A DNA stretch of 47,519 nucleotides from Minisyncoccia bacterium (GTDB lineage: Bacteria; Bacteroidota; Bacteroidia; Flavobacteriales; Flavobacteriaceae). A program made the translations under genes and the position numbers. Location of the stretch: NCBI GenBank assembly GCA_047616265.1, contig JBLHII010000001.1, positions 1-47,519 of the forward strand. Direction: 5' to 3'. Positions 44,937-47,519 of this stretch are shown here, piece by piece (the first letter of the stretch is position 1; the number at the start of each line of letters is the position of its first letter). A model generated the notes under the pieces. It made no database searches. It worked only from the letters and a program-made list of their open reading frames with translations, and was not told the DNA's origin.

Positions 44937-46247
44937 ATGTCAACAAACACAGTTCCTTATACACCTAACAAAGTAAAAGATATCTCCCTTGCAGATTGGG
45001 GGCGTAAAGAAATTGATCTTGCCGAGGCGGAAATGCCAGGTTTAATGGCTTTACGTGAAGAATATAAAAATGAGCAACCGCTTAAAGGAGCTCGTATTGC
45101 AGGATGTTTGCACATGACTATTCAGACAGCTGTATTGATTGAAACATTACAGGCGCTTGGAGCAGAAGTAACTTGGAGTTCATGTAATATTTTCTCTACA
45201 CAAGATCAAGCTGCTGCAGCTATTGCTGCTGCCGGAACCGCGGTATATGCTTGGAAAGGAATGAATGAAGAAGAATTTGAATGGTGTATTGAACAAACAC
45301 TTTTCTTTGGTGAAGATCGCAAGCCATTAAATATGATTTTGGATGATGGTGGTGATTTAACCAATATGGTTCTTGATGTATACCCAGAATTAGCTGCTGG
45401 CATTAACGGGCTATCTGAAGAAACTACAACAGGAGTGCACCGTCTATACGAACGTGTAAAAAACGGTACATTACCAATGCCTGCTATCAACATTAATGAT
45501 AGTGTTACAAAATCTAAATTTGACAACAAGTATGGTTGCAGAGAGAGTGCAGTAGACGCTGTTCGTCGTGCTACAGACATAATGTTGGCTGGAAAGCGTG
45601 TTATCGTTTGTGGGTATGGTGATGTAGGAAAAGGAACTGCTGCTTCTTTCAAAGGCGCTGGTTCCATTGTTACTGTTACTGAAATTGATCCTATTTGTGC
45701 GCTTCAAGCTGCAATGGATGGGTTTGAAGTAAAGAAGCTAGAAAATGTTATTACAACTGCAGATATCGTTATTACTACAACTGGTAATAAAGACATTGTT
45801 CGTTCAGACCATTTTGAACAAATGAAAGACAAGACTATTGTATGTAACATTGGCCATTTTGACAATGAAATTGATGTACCATGGTTAAATAAGAACGCTG
45901 TTAAAGATGAAATCAAGCCGCAGGTTGATAAGTATACACTTAACGGAAAAGACATCATTCTTCTTGCCGAAGGTCGTCTTGTAAACTTAGGTTGTGCAAC
46001 AGGGCATCCTAGTTTTGTAATGAGCAACTCATTTACAAACCAAACCCTGGCACAGATAGAGCTATGGAACAATGCAGATAAATATGACAATGACGTATAT
46101 ATGTTGCCGAAGCTTCTTGATGAAAAAGTAGCGCGTTTACACCTTGAAAAAATTGGTGTTGAGCTTACAGAGCTAAAGCAAGACCAAGCAGAATATATTG
46201 GTGTAACAGTTCAAGGACCTTTCAAGCCAGAATATTACAGATATTAA
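44937..46247 (+). CDS. ahcY: Adenosylhomocysteinase
   Basis: [49 protein letters not shown]. Start at ATG 44937; TATTTTTG element at 44816-44823. Confidence 0.98.
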   Translation: MSTNTVPYTPNKVKDISLADWGRKEIDLAEAEMPGLMALREEYKNEQPLKGARIAGCLHMTIQTAVLIETLQALGAEVTWSSCNIFSTQDQAAAAIAAAGTAVYAWKGMNEEEFEWCIEQTLFFGEDRKPLNMILDDGGDLTNMVLDVYPELAAGINGLSEETTTGVHRLYERVKNGTLPMPAININDSVTKSKFDNKYGCRESAVDAVRRATDIMLAGKRVIVCGYGDVGKGTAASFKGAGSIVTVTEIDPICALQAAMDGFEVKKLENVITTADIVITTTGNKDIVRSDHFEQMKDKTIVCNIGHFDNEIDVPWLNKNAVKDEIKPQVDKYTLNGKDIILLAEGRLVNLGCATGHPSFVMSNSFTNQTLAQIELWNNADKYDNDVYMLPKLLDEKVARLHLEKIGVELTELKQDQAEYIGVTVQGPFKPEYYRY

Positions 46248-46282
46248 TTTAGAATTATAATTTCCCAGAAATTATAAAACTC

Positions 46283-46317
46283 AAAACCCTTGCAACAATT
46301 GTTACAAGGGTTTTTTT
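46283..46317 (+). terminator. Intrinsic terminator after ahcY, overlapping the 3' end of the convergent gene
   Basis: AAAACCCTTG...CAAGGGTTTTTTT. Confidence 0.75.
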
Positions 46318-46655
46318 ATGATTATTTGTTTTCTGAAAATATAACTCATCCAAACAGGATCATTTTCTTCAGAGACAATGGCTTGTCTTTCTAAAAACTC
46401 CCAATTGTTTCGGTTCATGTAGTTGAGTAATTGTGAGGTCCCTTTTATATCTTCTATAGCATCAACTGTAATTTGTTTTCCTTCTAGAGAAGGTTGCTCT
46501 TCTACCCGTATGCGTTTTATTTTCCCTCGATTATTGGCTTTCTGCACCACAATAACTTCTAGGAAATCATATGGTATTATTTCTTGGGCCATGGCCTGGA
46601 AAGGCAGACATAAAAAAACGATTAACATGGTAACTAGGAAGGTATTTATTTTCAT
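46302..46655 (-). CDS. Hypothetical secreted protein
   Basis: Signal peptide ending AMA-Q; LNYM...WE......Y.FRK pattern (DUF4177-like, weak). Confidence 0.65.
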   Translation of the reverse strand: MKINTFLVTMLIVFLCLPFQAMAQEIIPYDFLEVIVVQKANNRGKIKRIRVEEQPSLEGKQITVDAIEDIKGTSQLLNYMNRNNWEFLERQAIVSEENDPVWMSYIFRKQIIIKKPL

Positions 46656-46800
46656 AATGACTCGCTTTTAGACAGAATTAAGATACAAAAAATCAAAAAA
46701 CAAATGTACCAATCAAATACATCTGTTTCATGTAAAAAATGATTTGTTGGTAGCCCTACAAAAAATGAACCGCGCTAGCCATTTATAAAAAATAGGGTAC

Positions 46801-46833
46801 AAAAAAACCCAGCAAGAATTATCTTGCTGGGTT
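46801..46833 (-). terminator. Intrinsic terminator of rplU-rpmA
   Basis: Minus strand reads AACCCAGCAAGA-TAAT-TCTTGCTGGGTT-TTTTT. Confidence 0.88.
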
Positions 46834-46856
46834 ATATATATAAGGAAAAGAGTTTA

Positions 46857-47120
46857 TTAAGCTTCTGCGAAAGGCACGATGCTTACGTATGATTTATTGT
46901 CTCTTTTTTTAGTAAATTTAACAACACCATCCACTCTTGCGTGAAGTGTGTGGTCTTTTCCACCATATACATTCTCACCTGGGTGATGTGTATTCCCTCT
47001 TTGTCTGATTATGATATTTCCTGCAATAGCTACTTGACCACCAAATATCTTAACGCCTAGACGTTTTGATTCTGATTCTCTACCATTCTTCGAACTACCA
47101 ACTCCTTTTTTGTGTGCCAT
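46857..47120 (-). CDS. rpmA: 50S ribosomal protein L27
   Basis: [31 protein letters not shown]. Confidence 0.99.
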   Translation of the reverse strand: MAHKKGVGSSKNGRESESKRLGVKIFGGQVAIAGNIIIRQRGNTHHPGENVYGGKDHTLHARVDGVVKFTKKRDNKSYVSIVPFAEA

Positions 47121-47139
47121 TTTCTCTTAGTTTTAAAAA

Positions 47140-47519
47140 TTAACTTAAAGCAGCTATTAATTCAGCTTTCTTCATAGAAGTGTAGCCTGCAATGCCTTTT
47201 TCTTTTGCCAGTGCTTTTAATTCAGCAACGGTATGAGAAGAAACATCATTAGATGCACTTTCTTCCTTTTTAGGAGCCGCTTTTTCAGCTTTTGGAGCTG
47301 AAGGCTTTGCTTCTTTTTTAGGAGCCGCTTTTTTGGCGCCAGAGCCAACAATACTCTCAATTACAATTTGTGTAAGTGATTGTCTGTGACCGTTCTTTAC
47401 TCTGTATCCTTTTCTTCTTTTCTTCTTGAATACAATAACTTTATCACCTTTAAGGTGCTTAATGATTTTTGCTCCTACTTGAGCTCCATCGATAGCCGGG
47501 GCGCCAACAGTAACTTTAT
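47140..47519 (-). CDS. rplU: 50S ribosomal protein L21, 3' part, with K/A/P linker and C-terminal Rho-N-like domain
   Basis: Not in the ORF track. Manual translation: [125 protein letters not shown]. Confidence 0.97.
   Translation of the reverse strand, partial: KVTVGAPAIDGAQVGAKIIKHLKGDKVIVFKKKRRKGYRVKNGHRQSLTQIVIESIVGSGAKKAAPKKEAKPSAPKAEKAAPKKEESASNDVSSHTVAELKALAKEKGIAGYTSMKKAELIAALS

Noticed and set aside
45206-46090. Long minus-strand ORFs opposite ahcY
   Set aside because: Antisense frames produced by the codon bias of a highly expressed gene.
1-47519. CRISPR arrays, tRNA/rRNA genes, IS elements, prophage or defence islands
   Set aside because: No regularly spaced repeats, cloverleaf signatures, transposase, integrase or phage genes were seen by eye; intergenic gaps are short. 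A tRNAscan/Infernal run would be the formal check.

Overview
Low-GC, gene-dense core chromosome of a probably marine Flavobacteriaceae (Bacteroidota). The assignment rests on four T9SS C-terminal-domain proteins, TAnnTTTG-type promoters and typical flavobacterial gene order. About 45 CDS are present, mostly housekeeping (mrp/nfu, trmB, phoB/phoR-like pair, tyrS, pyrC, hemD, pckA, leuS, ftsX, uppP, truB, aat, greA, arfB, ahcY, rpmA, rplU). I saw no rRNA, tRNA, CRISPR array, prophage or transposase. The best candidate for an undescribed system is the minus-strand vitamin locus at about 38.0-44.0 kb. It has a tightly overlapping operon: YkoF-like thiamine-binding protein, PnuC, stand-alone NadR-type kinase, DUF4301 and ArfB. 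DUF4301 carries an ordered motif series resembling eukaryote-type UDP-sugar pyrophosphorylases. The operon is followed by a TPP riboswitch with non-canonical pyrophosphate-sensing junctions and a long P3, a REP-like palindrome and a TonB-dependent receptor. Other leads are a candidate greA attenuator, a T9SS-secreted deiminase, an L21 with a Rho-N-like tail, two cryptic or eroded genes missed or truncated by the ORF track, and several candidate leaderless genes. All family calls come from motif recognition by eye; no searches were run.
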